Origin: Selaginella moellendorffii
Taxonomy: Eukaryota > Plantae > Lycopodiophyta
NCBI RefSeq assembly: GCF_000143415.4
Contig: NW_003314292.1
Location: forward strand, 598,829-662,828
Direction: 5' to 3'
DNA: 64,000 nucleotides
The notes beneath the pieces were generated by a model. The model was not told the DNA's origin. It worked only from the letters and a program-made list of their open reading frames with translations, and made no database searches. Numbering within the stretch: position 1 is the stretch's first letter; each line of letters opens with the position of its first letter. Shown here in pieces: positions 62,353 through 64,000 of this stretch. The position numbers were made by a program, and so were the translations under genes.

Positions 62353-62661
62353 CTAAAAAACGAGATGTACATGCGCAGGAATGCTTCGCGATGGCTCTGG
62401 CTTGTACGTGAGTTTTCACTCGTTTTCGTTTCTTGAACGCTTTTCTGTTTTGCTTGATAGGATATTGACACTGCGCGTGAATTGGAACAGGTGTATACGG
62501 CGTAAAACAAGCCGTCGTTTAGTCCACTCTTTGTTGTTTCTTTTGCTCACGTTTTTTCCAAGTCTCGATTGTGTTAGGAAGCTTCGGAAAGTGCTGACTT
62601 TGAAGTTTCGTTTCGAGGGCTTCTTAAGCGGAGGTCGAGCAGCTTGGATCTGGATTCAAGG

Positions 62662-63883
62662 ATGGCTACGGTTTCTGATATCGCTTTTCCAGGACTACGT
62701 TTCAATCCTCTGGCAGAACGACGCGGCTACCAGGTTCTATCAATCAACAATCACTTGAGCGCGAGGGCGGGATCCAGAATTTCTACGAGAAGGCAACAGG
62801 ATTTGGTTGCTCTGAAGCTCTACTCATCCTTCCCGGCGGAACAAATCTCTCGCTTCTCTTCCGCAAGGCGCTCCAATATCATCGCCAGAGCGAGGTAAGC
62901 TTTCGGATCTTTTCCTCTCCGAAAACAAATTCTCGTGAATTGTGATGAAACAGTAACGATCCAGATGGCCCAGTTTCGAAGTCCTTTTTCTCCTTGAATA
63001 TGTGAGAATTGTCATTTTGGGTGCTCTTTTATTTAACCAATTCTGCAGATTGGATGTGTTGGGTTTTCTGATAAGAATTCCGGCCCTCATCCTGGGATTT
63101 ATAAAAAAGGAGAAACAGATTATCGATAAAGTGGAAGGTATTAACGTTGCTTTCTTATTGTTCCATGCTAACAGTAAGAATTTTGTGCACTGCTGCACAG
63201 ATCAAATAGACGACGCAGCAGAAACAGTGAGCGGCATTGCCGAAGCAATAGAGCAAGTGGCAGGAGTTGTGGAGAAAGTGGCCGAGTCGATCGCAGATGA
63301 CGCAAGAGACACCCGTGAACTCATGGACAAGGTGAGCACGCTCATTTGCTTTGCTCCAACCTTCCAAGCATTCTAAGCTTCAACTGTTGGAAGCATAGGT
63401 GGAAGCCACAGCGGACTCTATGCGTTCGGACATCGGCACCGCCATTGACAGCCTGCAAGGAGCTGCGGATCCAACCAAGCCCAAGACAAACGCCGGTGGA
63501 GAACCCGACGTCAAGGCCGCAGCCGACGCAACCTCTCGAGCTGCGGAGAAAGCACAGAAGCTCAAAGACGCGGCGACGGAGCTCGAGGAGAAGCACACAG
63601 GTAAGCTCTAGCATCTTTCGCATCACTGTGATTGATCGCTGGGGAAAGGAAACGAGAGTCAACCATTTACTAAAGCACGAAAGAGATTCTAACAGGGAGT
63701 ACCACTAACGCGATGAGCAAGTCCCACCACTTTCGAGCAATATCGCGGTCTCCTTCACGCGGCAGAAGCGCCGTCACGCTCGTGCTATTGAGTGCCATGC
63801 TTTCGAGTTTGATAGTCTCAAACTGGCCGGCCATCCTCAAGCACGTGTTTGACTTCCTGCTCCACCACAGCATAACAATGTGA
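62662..63883 (+). CDS. Unknown plastid-targeted acidic coiled-coil protein with C-terminal anchor (copy 2)
   Basis: Transit-like N-terminus; AEAIEQVAGVVEKVAESIAD amphipathic repeats; hydrophobic tail. Confidence 0.65.
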
Positions 63884-64000
63884 ATATTCTCTTCCATTTT
63901 TTGAAAATCATTGTGACCAAAATTACAGATGGTGTCTCTGTTTGTCTTGTGAGATGTTTTCTGTGAAGCTTTTTGCTGCTGCTCTTGTTCATGATGTTGG

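Larger units (their letters stand above)
55946..63935. repeat. Tandem segmental duplication (unit 1 ~55946-59685; unit 2 ~60155-63935)
   Basis: Colinear near-identical helicase 3' end, ferredoxin, tRNA, RAR1 and unknown-gene blocks. Confidence 0.93.

Overview
Gene-dense eukaryotic plant DNA with very short (~50-100 bp) introns. A flagellar central-pair gene (PF16/SPAG6) points to a flagellated-sperm land plant; the compact architecture best fits a lycophyte such as Selaginella (inference). About 25 spliced protein genes can be read: a bHLH-like TF, FQR1, DNMT2, TPK channel, VTC2/GGP with its ACG-initiated uORF, a DUF7705-like protein, oligopeptidase B, PurU, Shg1/BOD1-like, SmF, PF16, dUTPase, a PHR1-like MYB-CC, FAD synthase, BASS3, malectin kinesin-14, F-box-type genes, an Aha1-domain protein, a malectin-LRR-RLK, a helicase-like protein, a 2Fe-2S ferredoxin-like protein and RAR1. 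RNA genes are tRNA-Thr(AGT), tRNA-Leu(AAG) and a U2 snRNA. A young, non-autonomous 7.5-kb Gypsy-type LTR element carries minisatellite arrays in its LTRs, and a ~4.2-kb tandem duplication shows reciprocal gene loss. Most notable observations: (1) a 74-aa Y/N/S/G-rich, fungal-like microprotein gene behind paired ABRE/G-boxes; (2) two tRNA genes 26 and 65 nt upstream of same-strand start codons (tRNA-mRNA dicistron candidates); (3) operon-like spacing (PurU stop 29 nt before the oligopeptidase B ATG; divergent ATGs 28 nt apart); (4) an Aha1-domain protein with an apparent organellar transit peptide. Exon boundaries were read by eye and family names come from motif recall, not searches.
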